Shown in pieces: positions 38,191 to 52,565 of a stretch of DNA of 64,000 bases (position 1 is its first letter; every line of letters begins with the position of its first letter). Below the pieces are notes generated by a model that was given only the letters and a program-made list of their open reading frames with translations, had not been told where the DNA came from and made no database searches. The stretch spans positions 144,460,001 through 144,524,000 of the forward strand of contig OX597815.1 of assembly GCA_951406725.2 (NCBI GenBank). The letters are read 5' to 3'. This DNA is from Octopus vulgaris (lineage: Eukaryota). The position numbers and the translations under genes are program-made.

Positions 38191-38539
38191 TATATAAAAC
38201 CATAAAATCAAGAGGTACGAGAGGTGAATATAAATTTATTTAACTGAGTAACTTCCCGAGAATTACGACCGTTTTGCAACCTTCTTCATGGAGTATTTCA
38301 GCAGAGAAGAAATTATGCATACATTTTGCATTAATATGTTGGCTCATCATTATACAATACACTTGTATGTTCACAAATTGATGCAAATAAAGAAAGCTAG
38401 CTCATCAGATCACCGGAACATTATAGCTATATCAATAATCCAACACGAAATAAGCACAAATCTTCCTTTATCATATATGCGCACTATTCATTTTAGAAAG
38501 TAGCAACGAAATGGAAGCGCCCTTAGGTTATAAGTTTCG

Positions 38540-39012
38540 TTAATGTAGTGAATAGATATGTTAAAAAAACTCAATCTCTACTCTCTACAGCGCACCATCA
38601 TTTGTGTGATGTGGAAAATATTCCATCAATATTGCACAAATGATGTTGGCATCAATTTTAAAATCCATCCAAGGCTTGGCCCCCGTGTTATTCGCCCACT
38701 ACAAAAATCGAACTCAGGACACATAGCATTATGTCACAATTACTTTACCTCAAGCCGTCCAGCACTCTTTAATACCATGCCAAAATAAGTCAAAATGGAA
38801 ACGGATCCCATAACATTCAAAAGTTCACTGGACGAATTTCTTCAGAAAGTCCCGGACCAACCTCTTATACCCGGATGTCGCCAACAATAATCACTCTTTG
38901 CTAGAGTGGGCCATGGTGCCCCATATATGACTAAAAGACTTCACTAGGTGGTGCTATTAAGATAGACATGGCCTGGGCCTATACTGGCCGAAACCTATCA
39001 AAGTTATCAGAT
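38540..39012 (+). mobile_element. CR1/L2-group LINE 3' fragment (ORF2 C-terminus and 3' UTR)
   Basis: LKKLNLYSLQR..IICVMWKI...HPRLG...PALFNTMPK*...FKSSLDEFLQKVPDQP, the typical post-RT tail of this clade. Confidence 0.8.
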
Positions 39013-39204
39013 TATAGATATGCAAATCTATTGCTAAGGGCATCAAGTTTATTGACCCCAGTTAACCTTAGCAGTATTTGAAACTTAAAAACCGTAACTA
39101 AGGAAATATTTCTAAGTATTTCATTCGGCGCTTTAACTAGTTTAGAATCATTCATTGATATAAAGGAGGAAGTAGTAGTAGTGGTGGTGGTGGTGGTGGT
39201 AGGT

Positions 39205-39632
39205 CTTTCTATAATAGGGACGAAGCCTGAAATTTTGGGGAAGCGGGATCCAATCGATTACATAGACCCCAGTGCTCAACTGGTTCATATTTTATCGACC
39301 TCCGAAAGGATGAAAGGCAAATTCGACTTCGGCGGAATTTGAACTCGGAACGTAAAAAAGCCGCTAAACATTTTAATCGACGTGCAAACAATTTTGCCAG
39401 TTCGCTTATTTAATAATAATAATAATCTTTTTTTACTAAAGGCATAAGGCCTGAAATTTGTGGGGAGGAGACTAGTCGATCAAATCGACCCCAGTGCTTC
39501 ACTGTAACTTAATTTAATAATCTTAAAAGGATGAAAGGCAAATCAACCTCAGCGGAATTTGAACTCAGAACGTGGCGACGGGCGAAATACTGTTAAGCAT
39601 TTTGCCCGGCGTACTAACGGCTCTGCCAGCTC
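39205..39632 (-). mobile_element. Two tandem family B SINEs
   Basis: Copies at about 39205-39410 and 39430-39632. Confidence 0.85.
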
Positions 39633-39684
39633 CTCCTCCTCGTCGTCGTCGTGGTGAAGAAGAAGAAGAAGAAGAAGAAGAAGA

Positions 39685-40242
39685 AATGCCCTGATGCAGT
39701 ACCAGGCAGTGGCTCTCATGGCTTTGATCTTAACTGATTGGAAGTGTTATCATGTACATTGTTTTGTCTTGGTATAAAAGATGGGCTACAGCAAATATTC
39801 TGCTCAATACCACAGATTTGCTTGTCAGTTGTTTGACCTTAACCAGTTGAGCATGTCCCTTAGTGGCTGCCGATATGTGCATCTCTGATCACGAGCAGAA
39901 GTAGTGGGGGAGCATCATAGTCATGTGTTGAGAGGGATTCTTCGGGGTTTGAATAATTCACCTATGGAAACATGGGTGGTTCTTTCAACATCCTTAAATA
40001 ACCCTTATTCAGGGACCTTTTAAGCGGGATGGGCTACTCAACCTGAAGAAATTTCTAACTGGGCTCCACCTGCAAGGTCATGTGCTGTTTATCTTGATAT
40101 GAGATCACCATGTCGCGCACATATGGTTGTGATGCATGTGCCTGATGTACCCTTATCAGACGGGTAGTCATGATGGGTATATTGGGCTTCGTATATTTTA
40201 CCCCAGTGTCACTTTGATGGCATGAACTGCTCTCTCACTCAA
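39685..40242. mobile_element. Unclassified ~560-bp insertion between (GAA)n and (TAA)n tracts, probably a non-autonomous retroelement
   Basis: A higher-complexity, more GC-rich block bounded by trinucleotide repeats; no coding signature seen. Confidence 0.45.
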
Positions 40243-40269
40243 TAATAATAATAATAATAATAATAATAA

Positions 40270-41275
40270 TCCTTTCTATTATGGGCACAAGGCCCAAAAT
40301 TTTGGGGGAAAGGACCAGTCGATTAGATCGATCCCAGTATGCAACAGCTACTTAATTTATCGACCCCGAAAGGATGAAAGGCAAAGTCGACCTCAACGGA
40401 ATTTGAACTCAGAACGTCAAATCAGACGAAATGTCTATTTCTTTACTACCCACAAGGGGCAAAACACAGAGAGGACAAACAAGGACAGACAAACGGATTA
40501 AGTCGATTATATCGCCCCCAGTGCGTAACTGGTACTTATTTAATCGACCTCGAAAGGATGAAAGGCAAAGTCCACCCCGGCGGAATTTGGAAGGACAAGG
40601 ACTAGCGGATACCATCGACGCTAGTATTTCATAGGTACACTTTATTTTTTTAACTTTGAATTATGAAAGGTAAAGTTAACTTCAGCAGAATTTGAACTCA
40701 GAAACGTAGAGTAACATAACTGAATATCACCTATAACAATCAGTAAAAGCATGTCTATGGATTTGTCTAATTAATTGTCCGAGATAAAATTATTGTTTAT
40801 GAGTTTATCCTTTACTAGACAAACTGGACTGGCGAAGCAATCGATTGATTTCAGTATTTTTATTCATATTTTGCCGGACAAAATGCTTAGCGGCATTTCG
40901 TCCGTGCTTGCTTTCAGAGCTCAAATTCCGCCGAGGTCGACTTTGCCTTTCATCATTTCGAGCTCGATAAATAAGTTCCAGTTGAGCATGGGGAGGGGGA
41001 GTTTCGATGTAATCGATTTAACCCCTCCCCCGAAATTGCTGGCCTTGTGCTAAAATTTGAAACCAATATTTTTTTTATCGATATTTAAGGCGGCGAACTG
41101 ACAGAATTGTTAGCACGCCGGGGGAAAATGCTTAACGGCATTTCGACCATCTTTACGTTCTGAGGTCGACTTTGCTTTTCATCCTTTAGGGATTGATAAA
41201 CTAAGTACTAGGTGAGCACTGGGGTTGATATAATCGACTTACCCCTCCCCCAAAATTGCCGGCCTTGTGCAAATA
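40270..41275. mobile_element. Cluster of family B SINEs in both orientations
   Basis: Minus-strand dimer at 40270-40590; plus-strand copies at about 40870-41065 and 41088-41275. Confidence 0.85.
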
Positions 41276-42682
41276 TCTTATTGATATTTTATCGTATCGA
41301 TCTCCGGAAATACGAAACATGAAGTTAGCCACAACAAAAGAGGAATTCCAAATAAATTATATTTCTTTAACACATTAAGGACGGTGGATCGGTAGAGTAA
41401 CAGACTAAGTAGGAAGTTTTACATTCCGAGTTCAAATCCCGCCGAGGTCAGCTCTACATTTCATTCTTCTGGGTTATATAGAGCAGTGAATGGGGAGAGG
41501 TTGATATAATCTACCGTGTCCCATCCTACACACACACACACACACAAAACATGACATCTGCACCTCGGAGCTGACCGGATCCCCATACCGCATATACTCA
41601 AGCACCCCCCACACACACACACACATCTCTCTTCTTCCCCTCAACCTTGTTGCATCCAGCTTCCCCGCCCTCGCCCCTGCCAGGTCTTGCTCGAATTACG
41701 TCACCCAATCTTTCCCCCACACCTGCTCATATCTTTCTCCACAGGCGTTGACTTACAAAGGCTCGAAAGGAACACTAATGACATCACTCTCACTAATTTA
41801 GAAGCCCTTGCAAAGGGCCCTGATCCTTTCCTCCAGTCCCAACCAAGTAAAAAGATGAACACACACACATAAATCGTAGTCGTGTGCCATACTTCGAAGT
41901 CAGTATTGACGCCAGCACAACATATCAAGCGGTGTGTTCTCCGAGGGTCCTCGAGTGTATTGCTTCTTGATGTAATCACAGGCAGGATTCGAACTAAGAA
42001 CCTTTATTCCTCAACTAAAAGTACAAACGTTGTTCTGTTTCAACAACTTTTGTTGTGGGGGTATTGTGGAAAGTGAATGATATTTATTTAGTAAAAGGAG
42101 ACCATCTTCACCAACAGACGGTGCAGAAATATGTCGGTGTTCTGTTTCAATGACAGCAGACTGCTAATGCGCAATAGGAGCATAGTTTGACATTTATATA
42201 TATATACACGCACACACGTACGTACATGCATAGATAGACATAGGAATGCATACGTACATACAAGCATATCGATACATACATATGTATGCTTACATAAATA
42301 CATGCAAACATACATACAATGTACACACACACAGTAACGTATGTGCATACATGCGTACAAGCATTACATACATGTATATATACATACATGTATACATACA
42401 TGCGTATACACATACATAAATACAATTTATACAAACACATACGTTACATAGATACATGCACACATGCATTCAAGCATGCACACACACACACACACACATG
42501 TACAAAGCCAATGATATGGGTTGCGTAACCCGACACGAAAATTTAATGCGATCTCAAAGAAAGTTTGTATGCATTGAAGACTAGCAGTTACATTTTGGGA
42601 AAAAGATCAAAAAGTCATTCTGCACTTTTGATAAATCTCCTCTCAAAGACTATACATATGTACTCATTTATGTAGGTATGTA

Positions 42683-42732
<50 letters not shown>

Positions 42733-42869
42733 TGCACGAACATGCTACCTTAAAGATAGCATATCGATGACGTCGTTTCGTATCTGATGACTAACTAGTG
42801 CATGCTTTTTGGACATTATATATAACATTATAAATTATGTGACATTTTGAAAAATATATATTTCAAACA

Positions 42870-43025
42870 AGAGTTTGGTGGCGCCATCTCTAGCCGAGCA
42901 GTTATTCTGTGCTGATGAAGAGAAATAACCTAGAAACCATTGGTGTGCAGATATTGCTCTGAGCAGAGTGGGGGCGCCAAACTCCCTTGTTCGAAAATAT
43001 GTTGGCAAATAATCTTTACTCCATT
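42870..43025 (+). mobile_element. Fragment of the 24185 family with a degenerate hammerhead (42906-42951)
   Basis: tctgtg-CTGATGA-agagaaataaccta-GAAA-ccattggtgtgcaga. Confidence 0.7.
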
Positions 43026-43225
43026 ATAAATTATATATGCATGTATATATACGTTGAGCAAATTTACACGCGCGCGCTTTGGTGTGTGTGTGTGTGTAAA
43101 TCGAAATTTATCAATGGCATTTGGATATCGTGTAGAAGACCATAAATAATAAATAGAAATAATGGATCCAAATTTTGGCAGGCGATCATCACGAAAAATT
43201 AAAATAATGTTAATATTAATAATGT

Positions 43226-43470
43226 GGAGGCGCGTGGCTTAGTGGTTAGGGTGTCAGCATCGTGATCGTAAGATTGTGGTTTCGATTCCTGGACCGGGCG
43301 ACGCGTTGTGTTCTTGAGCAAAACACTTCATTTCACGTTGCTCCAGTCCACTCAGCTGGCAAAAATGAGTAACGTTGCGATGGACTGGCGTCCCATCCAG
43401 CTGGGGAACACATACGCCATAGAAATCGGGAAACCAGGCCCATGAGCCTGGCTAAGCTTTAAAAGGGCGA
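43226..43470 (+). mobile_element. Young SINE family C
   Basis: ggcgcgtggcttagtggttagg A box, ggtttcgattcc B box and central conserved domain. Confidence 0.85.
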
Positions 43471-43841
43471 GAAATAAAATATAAATAATAAAGAAAATAA
43501 GAATATTGTATGCACACAAACACATCATGTGGCATTATATCACGCTTGCTGTTCTCAGTTGTAACAATCTAACTTCCTCTCTTAAAAATATACCCAGTTA
43601 ACATGTGCACATGTACTGTACAACCAGATGGATATCGGGACAGAATGTAAATAAATTTAATGTGTGTGTGCGTGTTGTTCATATACAAGGAAAGGCATGC
43701 TGAACAATTTAGTCTTAGGTGCACTTTTCCTGACAAGTAATATGGCATTTAAGATGAAGAGTAAAGGAACTTTAATGGGATTTGATCCCAGAAAGTAGGG
43801 GAACGAAAGAATACTGTGATACATTCTATACGACACTCTTG

Positions 43842-43876
<35 letters not shown>

Positions 43877-46800
43877 ATATATAATATATAATATATATAT
43901 ATATACTCACACACACGTGTGTGCGTGAATGTCATGAGATAACTGTGTGTGTGTGGGTGCGTGTATGTATGTATGTATGTGTGTATATATATATATATAT
44001 ATGAGAGAGAGGTGGGGTCGGTTTAGTTTAGAAAATCGGTCATTTGTTTTCGGAAACAATCGTTGTTTCGTTATTTGCAAAAATAAAAAAAAAGAACGCA
44101 TTTGCAAAAATAAAAAAAGAAAGAACGCAAAAAGTATCACCTGTTGGGCGGATGGATTGAATTGTCTAAATGAATAAAGTACACATTACATTTAATATCA
44201 GGGATTTGGGTCAAGCCTAATTATGGCCGATGAAAAAATGTATTACATTTTGTGTTGACATCGAGGTGATGGTGCGCAGTTGTAGGTACTTTGGAAAACT
44301 AATGTAAAACGCTAACGCCTAGATACTCACAAGAGAGTCAATCTTAACAAAATGAAGGGTCAGACAGCTGTTAGATAATGATAGAAATCAATACAAAAAA
44401 GTCTTTAGTTAAATATACTTAAAGTAGGTGGAATCGTAAACTGGATAAGCTAATATGGTTGATGGATTTAAGCAATTAACTTTCTTTAGTCAAACTTCCA
44501 GTACGCCATTTTAACTAGTGTTTTGTGAGTGACAAGTGTTTGTTAACATGCAATATTAGAGTAAATTTTTCAGGACAACAGAAAATCACACAACTGTAAT
44601 TTCCCCCTTCAAATAAATACGCAAAGTATTTCAGTGGATTGTTTTTCGGGGCAATAGGAAAACAATCGATTGAACTCCTCTGTTTCAAATCATAACGCAA
44701 AATATTTCAGTGGTCTGCTATAAGGAGGCAACGGAAAACCACACGATTGTATTTCCCCCACTTCAAGTCATTGTACGCCCAATGATTCGAAGTTGTTTAA
44801 CAAACTACATTACATATGTGAAGCATTAAAACATTTGTCATTAGTAAGCAAATTGCTCCCCTGAGGGTTTTAACTCAACCGCATTATTGATATAGCTATT
44901 TATTGTATACACAAAGTTAAAATTGAATTCGCCTGTTCTAATTTACATAATAATGCAAATGTTGACTATATTTGTTTATTAATAGAAACACAACACTGCG
45001 TTATTTTGTTCTACAGATGTAAAGTAGACCTAACGGTGTGTTTTTTACTAAACACTTTTTAACTCAGTCTGCGAAACACTGAAACTAGTCAAGCCGGTCT
45101 TTTTCCGAACAAGAAGAATGCGGTTTAACGACGGTATCTCTCTAAGATATTAAACCAAGATATTAAACTGCATTCGGTGGTAGGACTCGGCGCCGGAGTT
45201 CAGGAGTTTTGGAGGTGAGTGGAGTTATTCCTTCGTCACAATGGCACTCAGATACGCTCTGGCCAAAGGTGGTATAAAAACTGTCAAGAGTCCCAGTTTT
45301 TAGCTAGATAGCAGATGATCCTGTGACTAAGGGATACAGGTCTCAGAGGAAGGATGGCTCCGTAGACATGTGTCCTACAGCTCATCCTTTGTACGTCCCG
45401 GTCGCTCTTGTATTTATCTCCTTTTTATCGCAAGGCTTTGTGGGAATCTGAAGTTTTTGTGGATGCTTCTGTCGTTATTGTTGCCTTTGTTAGTGGAAAT
45501 GATCTTTCAAGTCACATAATAAATATCTGGGCATTCTGGCCACCACTACTCTCTCCAATCTGATATTAGACATATAACTAACTTTTACTGAGAATGAATC
45601 TTGCCTCGTTTCAATCCTTAGAGAGTTTGAAACACAACACTTCACTATTCATATTTAGAGAGATTCATGACGGCATCAGATAAAAATAGATTTCGTTTCG
45701 CTACATGCGATCCTTCTTTTCCTAACAATGGGGTACTAAGAAAGGGTCTTGGCGTTTTACTGAATAGAGCTTGTTTATACATTTCCATCTATTTTGAAAT
45801 CACACTCAATCTCCAAAATTTATGTCTTTTTGTGTATTTTTTTTCGAAAACTTGATATTTGTTGGCTATAAAAGGTCCTTTCCAAATCGGCTGGAGGAGG
45901 TTCTCTCCCGTTTTTCTGTCAATGCTTGCGGGAGGCATGATACATTTAAAACCTTCAGTTTAATATTCTATGTTAACGAACGCTTGTCATTTAAAACACT
46001 CAGAAACAGCTCCTAGTTGCAAAGGCGTGGTCTTGACCAATGAAAGTCAAGTGTTTAAATCCGTCAGCCATATTGTCTTATTCAGCTACGATTCTACCTA
46101 GTTTAGCATTTTCAGCCAAAGTTCTTTTGTATCGATTCCTAGATATGATACAGGCGTACATTAAAAACCCTTTGTGTAACGAATATCGAGTGTTGGATAC
46201 TTGATAGGGCAATCATGTCTCTGTCATCAGTTTTATTACCAAAAACTGCTGCTTCCCTCATTTCTGCAATTCCTGCTGTTACTATCGGTACACCTCTTAC
46301 CACTACCCTTGCTATTCCTCCCTCTGCTGTTAACACAATCCTTACCCCCTGCTGCAGGGCAATCCTCACTACAGCTACCTTTGTGACTTTTTAGTACCTA
46401 AAGCTGTATTAGTAACTGATATTTTTGTTGTCGCAAATATTGCAGTGATTACTGCTATCAATATTACTACTGCTCTTACATTCGTTGCAGCTAATGCGGC
46501 TGCAGTTCTCATGTAAGATATAAGAGTTAAATTTGCTGCAGTGTTGGTGATATCGTTTTCCTCACCTATATCTAGATCCTACGTCACTTCGTCTGCTACT
46601 ACCGCTCTTCTCATCCTTTCACTGCAACAACCCTCCTGCTAGTCGTAACAGTAACAAGCTTTGATGTTTTTTTCTGCAAGCGATCCAGCAAGGATGCATT
46701 TATTATTTTAATCTCTCACAACTCTCCTCTGTGTGTATGTGTATGGGGGAGGTGTGTGAGAGAGAGATTTCCTACACCAGAAATTCAACTTTTGCGTAGG

Positions 46801-47040
46801 GGTGTGAAAGAGTGAGGCTAATCACCCACAGTACCTTGACCCTGGAGCCAAGATGAACAGCGTAGTCAAAACCCTGACGGCATATGATTTCAGAATGTAA
46901 GGGAACATAGAACAAACACAGCCAGTAATTTTGTATACCATAAGGGAACAAGATATAAAATAGTATCAAGCAGGGCATAAAATCTTCACTAAGAAGACAA
47001 GGAACATAAATTAAACAGCTTTATTTGGGGGGGGGGGGGG

Positions 47041-47435
47041 TTTCTACTCTAGGCACAAAGCCCGTAATTTTTGGGGAGGGAGTCCAGTCGATTACATCGA
47101 CCCCAGTGCGTAACTAGTATTTATTTAATCGACCCCGAAAGGATGAAAGGCAAAGTCGACCTCGGCGGAATTTGAACTCAGAACATAACGGCAGACGAAA
47201 TACCTATTTCTTTACTACCCACAAGGGGCTAAACACAGAAAAGACAAACAAGGACAGACAAACGGATTAAGTCGATTATATCGACCCCAGTGCATAACTG
47301 GTACTTATTTAATCGACCCCGAAAAGATGAAAGGCAAAGTCGACCTCGGCGGAATTTGAACTCAGAACGTAACGGCAGACGAAATACCGCTAAGCATTTC
47401 GTCCAGTGTGCTAACGTTTCTGCCAGCTCGCCGCT
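47041..47435 (-). mobile_element. Young dimeric family B SINE
   Basis: Two tandem cores joined by the ...ttagccccttgtgggtagtaaagaaatag tail. Confidence 0.9.
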
Positions 47436-48770
47436 TTTAAACAGCGTTATTTTTACTGCTGTAAGATGACAGGGGAATAACTTAAAGACGGTAATTTTGT
47501 CTCCAAAAAGGGGACAGGAGACATAAATTATAAAAGCATCATGTTGACTGCTGCAAAGATGCGAACTGGTAGATTCGTTACCGCGCAGGACAAAATACTT
47601 AGCGGCGTTTCGTGCCTTTACGTTCTGCGTTCAAATTCCACCGAGGTCGACTTTGCCTTTCACCCTTTCGGGATCGATAAAATAAGTACCAGTCGGTCTC
47701 TGGAGTCGATGTAACCGACTTCTCCACACCTCAAAATTGCCGGCTTGAGCCAAAATAAGAAAAGATTATTCTGATTGCTGCAAGGAGACAGGAACGTAGA
47801 TCGCATAACAAAATTTTGTTTGTCGTAGAGGAAGGTAAAATAAAGCCGGCCATTTTGTTCACTACAACATTGAGTCTAATAACAATACTTTCTCAGACAC
47901 AAGGCCAGAGACTTTGAAGAAACAATGAAATCGTCCTCATCATATTAACTGCTATTTATTGAACTTCGTATCGAATGTCATTTTTATTTTACTCATTGGT
48001 CTTGTTGATCATGGTTAAGTCTATATTGCATGCCATTTTAAGATTATAATTTAATAATTTATGGAGAATTCATTTGGAAACTGCAGATAATATAGGTGCA
48101 GCCAAGGTTGTTCGTTTTGTAACCTTATGGTTACAGGTTCAGTCCCACTGCACGGTACCTTGGGCAAGTGTCTTTTACGATAGTCCCGGTTTGTATCCCA
48201 CCACCGCTTGACAACCACTCTTTGTTCACGTACCTTTAACTTAGTGGCTCGGCAAAAGAAACTCACAGAATAAATACCACACTTAAAAAAGTACCGGCGT
48301 CAATTTGTTCGATTAAACCCAGCAAGAAGATGCCCCAGTATGGCAGCAGTCCAATGACTAAATCAAGTAAAAGAATAACAGAATGCCCATACAATATAGT
48401 ATTTTGAAGAATGTCGGAATCTTGTTGAATATATGATAGATAGATAGATAGATAGATAGATGGACAGACAGCTGGGGTCATGGAATGAAAGAATCAAGAC
48501 ACATGTAGTAAACCCCTACACTTAATGTCTGTCTTTGTCTTGTTGCCCTTCATCCTTCACCCTGGCGGCAAATAAAAGAAATTATTAGTATTTCGTCTGC
48601 CGTTACGTTCTGAGTTCAAATTCCGCCGAGGTCGTCTTTGCCTTTCATCTTTTCGGGGACGATAAATTAAGTACCAGTTGCGTACTGGGGTCGATCTAAT
48701 CGACTGGCTCCCTCCCCCAAAATTTCGGACGTTGTGCCTAGAGAAGAAAAGATTATTATTATTATTATTA

Positions 48771-49028
48771 TTCAGTAGTTTTATTTTTATAGCGTGCTTT
48801 CACTTCACTACCGAGCGCAGCTCTGTGTGCCTTGGGTATATGCTGTGGTGCTCTGATGGTTACTGTATTGAAAGTGTTTTGCGTAGGATGTGTACAGTGC
48901 CTAGTAGTGCAATTTTCTGTATGTTATATGTGTTTGTAAGTCCTGGTGTTTTTGTTATGTATTTGTCTGAATATTTTTTTTTTCCACATTCTAGTTACCT
49001 CTATTTCCAGGTCTTTGTATTTTGAAAG

Positions 49029-49032
<4 letters not shown>
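48771..49032 (-). mobile_element. R4/Dong-type non-LTR retrotransposon 3' end inserted in (TAA)n
   Basis: KYKDLEIEVTRMW...YSDKYITKTPGLTNTYNIQKIALLGTVHILRKTLSIQ*; both ends abut (TTA)n. Confidence 0.85.
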
Positions 49033-49080
<48 letters not shown>

Positions 49081-49721
49081 TATCCTTTCGTTCCGTATCA
49101 TGGGATAATTACGAAGAAGTGCCAACCTGTGGTTCGTAAAGCGATGATGAGCAGAGAAGTATTTTAATAGAGCCAAGAGGGAGGTAACTAAATTGCATAA
49201 AGCGTTTTGTTCGCTGTTCTACCGATTCCCCCTTCATTATAGAATTATATAACTTCAGACATTTTTCATTTTTTTTTCAGTGACGTAATCATGACTCAGA
49301 GATAATCAGTAAACTAACATCGTGTGTGTGTGTGTGCGTGCTTGATTGCGTGTGTGCGCAATTACGGGTGCGAGTGACTGCGTGTGTGAATGTATAGGTG
49401 CTCGGCGAGTGCGTCTGTCTGTGCATATGAGTGTATATGGATGTTGTTCCTGTGTGTAAAACATTTTATGCCTTTGTGTATTCATGCAGTCGTACATTTA
49501 GATTTATACACATACACTCGCGCACGTACGCACGCACACACGCATGCGCACGCGCACAACTACGAGTGACTTAATTCAGCGTGTTTTACGCGTATGTACA
49601 TGTATATCTGCCTTCATATATGTATTTGTATGTATGTGTGTGAGTGTGTGCATATATGTGTATGCTTCTCTGTGTCTATTCGCGTGTATCTCTCCTTACT
49701 TCTGTGTTTGCCTATATATAC

Positions 49722-49763
<42 letters not shown>

Positions 49764-50297
49764 GCATAACTGCAGTGTGCACACACGCCTATATATGAAT
49801 GTGCGCACGCATGTGTATCCGTGTGCTTATGTGTACGTCCGCGTGACTGTGTGTGTGTGTGTGTGCGTGTGTGCGCGCGTGTCTTTGAGTGCATGAAGCA
49901 AAACATAACGCTGTGGTTGTACTATTCTGTGTGAACCCAGCAGGATGTTTGCATGTCTTCGTATTTGGGTGTGGTGGAATAAACCACATTTAAGAATGTG
50001 GAAAGCAGAAATGAAAAACCGAAATTAGACAGTTTCCAGGTCAACGCAGTTAAAGTAAATTGACAGACGATATCAAATTGAAGATTTAGTTGAAAGAAAA
50101 CCGACCCACAAGGCTTACACATTAAATATTTCTCCCTCTGTCACTCTTTAACGGGATTCCCAAGAAAGACCTATTTATTTATTTATTTATATTCATTCAT
50201 TTATTTTGCTACATGCTTCTCTTGCCCATTGTCGAAAGAACTGTTGGCGATTTTTTTCCCTCCATCTTCCTTTTCTCTTGGACTTTCCTCTGTCTTC

Positions 50298-50334
50298 TGT
50301 TTTTGAAGAAGAGCTTTGCTCGAAACGTTAAACA
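50298..50334 (+). ncRNA. Minimal hammerhead-like motif (C3-to-U)
   Basis: tgttt-TTGAAGA-a-gagc(ttt)gctc-GAAA-CG-TT-aaaca; stems I and II are perfect. Confidence 0.6.
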
Positions 50335-50490
50335 ACCTTTCTTTCCTTTTCTGAGCGTCTTTTAATGTTTTGCACATACCACGTGCTCTCGTTGTTGTTT
50401 TTTCTTCGTTTTTTTTTTTGGGGGGGGGGGTTATATATATATATATATATATATATTAATCGAAGTGTATAATGTTATATATCTATTACC

Positions 50491-50578
50491 GTCGATCTTA
50501 CAAACTGTTTCGCACTAGGGGTTCGACGTGATATTAACAACAATCCGATTATGTATCCCTGTGCTCCTCAGAGTTGAC
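50491..50578 (-). ncRNA. Type I hammerhead-like motif
   Basis: gtcaact-CTGAGGA-gcacaggg...ccctagtgc-GAAA-cagttt-GTA-agatcgac; intact core, imperfect stem I. Confidence 0.6.
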
Positions 50579-51118
50579 AGTTATGGAAGAAAATTGTGTG
50601 TGTGTGTGTGTGGCGACTGCACCATCTGCACAAATGATTGACGTCTCCTTTGTACTAGCTCGTTGTCAATGGCATTTCTAACTTTCCGTTCATGACCTCT
50701 ACGATGAGCATTGAGTCCCGTTGCAGGCCTGCGTGATTTGAAGCATATATCTTTAATTATATACATATTTATCTATATTAAAATTTTCTCCGGATATGCA
50801 TATATTATATGCTCATATAATAAACTTGTCAGTCATCCTATAACGACCACGTGTTTTCGGCTTCAGTAAAATATATTTCAATACAGGATATACAACAGGC
50901 ATCTAAACAAACAAACGATATGGCGTTGCAAGTGCGTCTAGCGTCAGAATGTAGGAAGGAGGCGAAACCGAGGCCGCACTTCCAGGATGAGAGCAACGTG
51001 CAATATGGCTCCAGACCATCGATTAAACGTTAGTTGAACCCCAGACGGTACTTCAAGTGTATTATGAGAAACAAATAGGAACAACCACAAAAATCTTTCA
51101 GTCTTAGCATTTTGTTTC

Positions 51119-51156
<38 letters not shown>

Positions 51157-51202
51157 TATAGAGAGAGAGAGAGAGAGAGAGAGGGAGGGAGGGGTAGAGA
51201 GG

Positions 51203-51252
<50 letters not shown>

Positions 51253-51329
51253 GTATATAATGTATATATTTATAATGGAGAGAGAGACTGAGAGAGAGAT
51301 GGGGACAGGCGAAATATGTATGTCCGTAC

Positions 51330-51368
<39 letters not shown>

Positions 51369-51801
51369 CACACACACTATATATATGTGTGTATATATAG
51401 TGTACACACTGTGTGTGTGCCTGTTAATATCAGTTTCAGGGAGCGTAATATTACGTCACGGTGACCAGTTAACCAGAATTAACAAAGTTTTCTTTGTGCG
51501 GTTTTCCCGCCCATCCATCTACCCATTCCATTTGGGGTTTTTTTTCCTTCCGTCCTTAAATGGTTGTTTACGTTTAAGTGGTATATGCATTGTTGCAGTA
51601 ACTTACACAAACACATATGACCGCACATCTGTATGCGCGTTCATGTGTATATATGCGTGTATGTCACTGTGTGCATACATACATGATATATATGCATAGA
51701 CACATATATGCATGCAGCCACAAACATTTAATATGCATAGATGCATGTACACAATATACTTAGATGCATGCAAACATATGTAGGGGATCCAAACATGTGT
51801 G

Positions 51802-52022
51802 CAGTAATCCTTCGCCATATCGCGGTTCACCTATCGCGGTTTATTATTTAAGCTTACGTCGATTCCTCCGTGGAGTTGTTTCGCATTTAAAATAAAATAA
51901 ATATATACAAATTATAAAAATAATTTTAAAATATACTCTACAGCACTGTTCCTACTTCGAGGATTTTCACCTATCGCGGTGGTGTTTTGGAACGTAACAC
52001 CCACAATAGTCAAGGAATACTG
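51802..52022. mobile_element. Tc1/mariner-pogo-type MITE, same family as 22573
   Basis: CAGTAATCCTTCG ... CAAGGAATACTG|TA. Confidence 0.8.
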
Positions 52023-52433
52023 TACATACTGCGGGGAGCACTCAATTTTCTTTTCTTTTAGATTTTAATTATTAGAAATAATGAAAGGAAGTAGACTAAG
52101 ATTAAGATTACTCGAATTAGAGATAAGTTCGAAGCAGATGGAACTGTTCAGAATGATTACAAGAACCGTTCCGGGAGACTACGGACATCGCCGAGCGTCA
52201 CAAACTAAGGAATGGGTAGTAGAAACATATTGCCAGTGTCCAAAGGAATCTGTGTAGCAAACGAGTCTTGAAATAGGAATTTCAGAATCAAACGTCCAAA
52301 TGTCCATCGCGTTTTCAAGTGCTGTCATTCCAAGAATAGTCCATACTCTCAATGAAGGTGATCCGGGCCGAAGAGTAGAGTTTTGCGGATGGAACTAGGT
52401 AAAATATGTAAAAGATGCACACTTTACAACAAA

Positions 52434-52565
52434 CAGGGGCGGACTGAGAGTATTAAGGGCCCCTTAGCATCGAGATCAAAGAGAGTTAACATGTAGAGTG
52501 CTGGCCCCTCAGAGCTCCGGGCCCTTGGGCAGTACCCGATTGACCGACGGCTCAATCTGCCACTG
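52434..52565. mobile_element. hAT-type MITE nested in the transposase relic
   Basis: TIR CAGGGGCGGACTGAG / CTCAATCTGCCACTG. Confidence 0.7.

Noticed and set aside
46130-46680. Thr/Ala/Ile-rich, mucin-like reading frame
   Set aside because: Decayed trinucleotide (NCT-type) repeat with in-frame stops.
51424-51472. Minus-strand ttaa-CTGGTCA...GAAA-ctgata-ttaa motif
   Set aside because: Two core mismatches; too degenerate to call.
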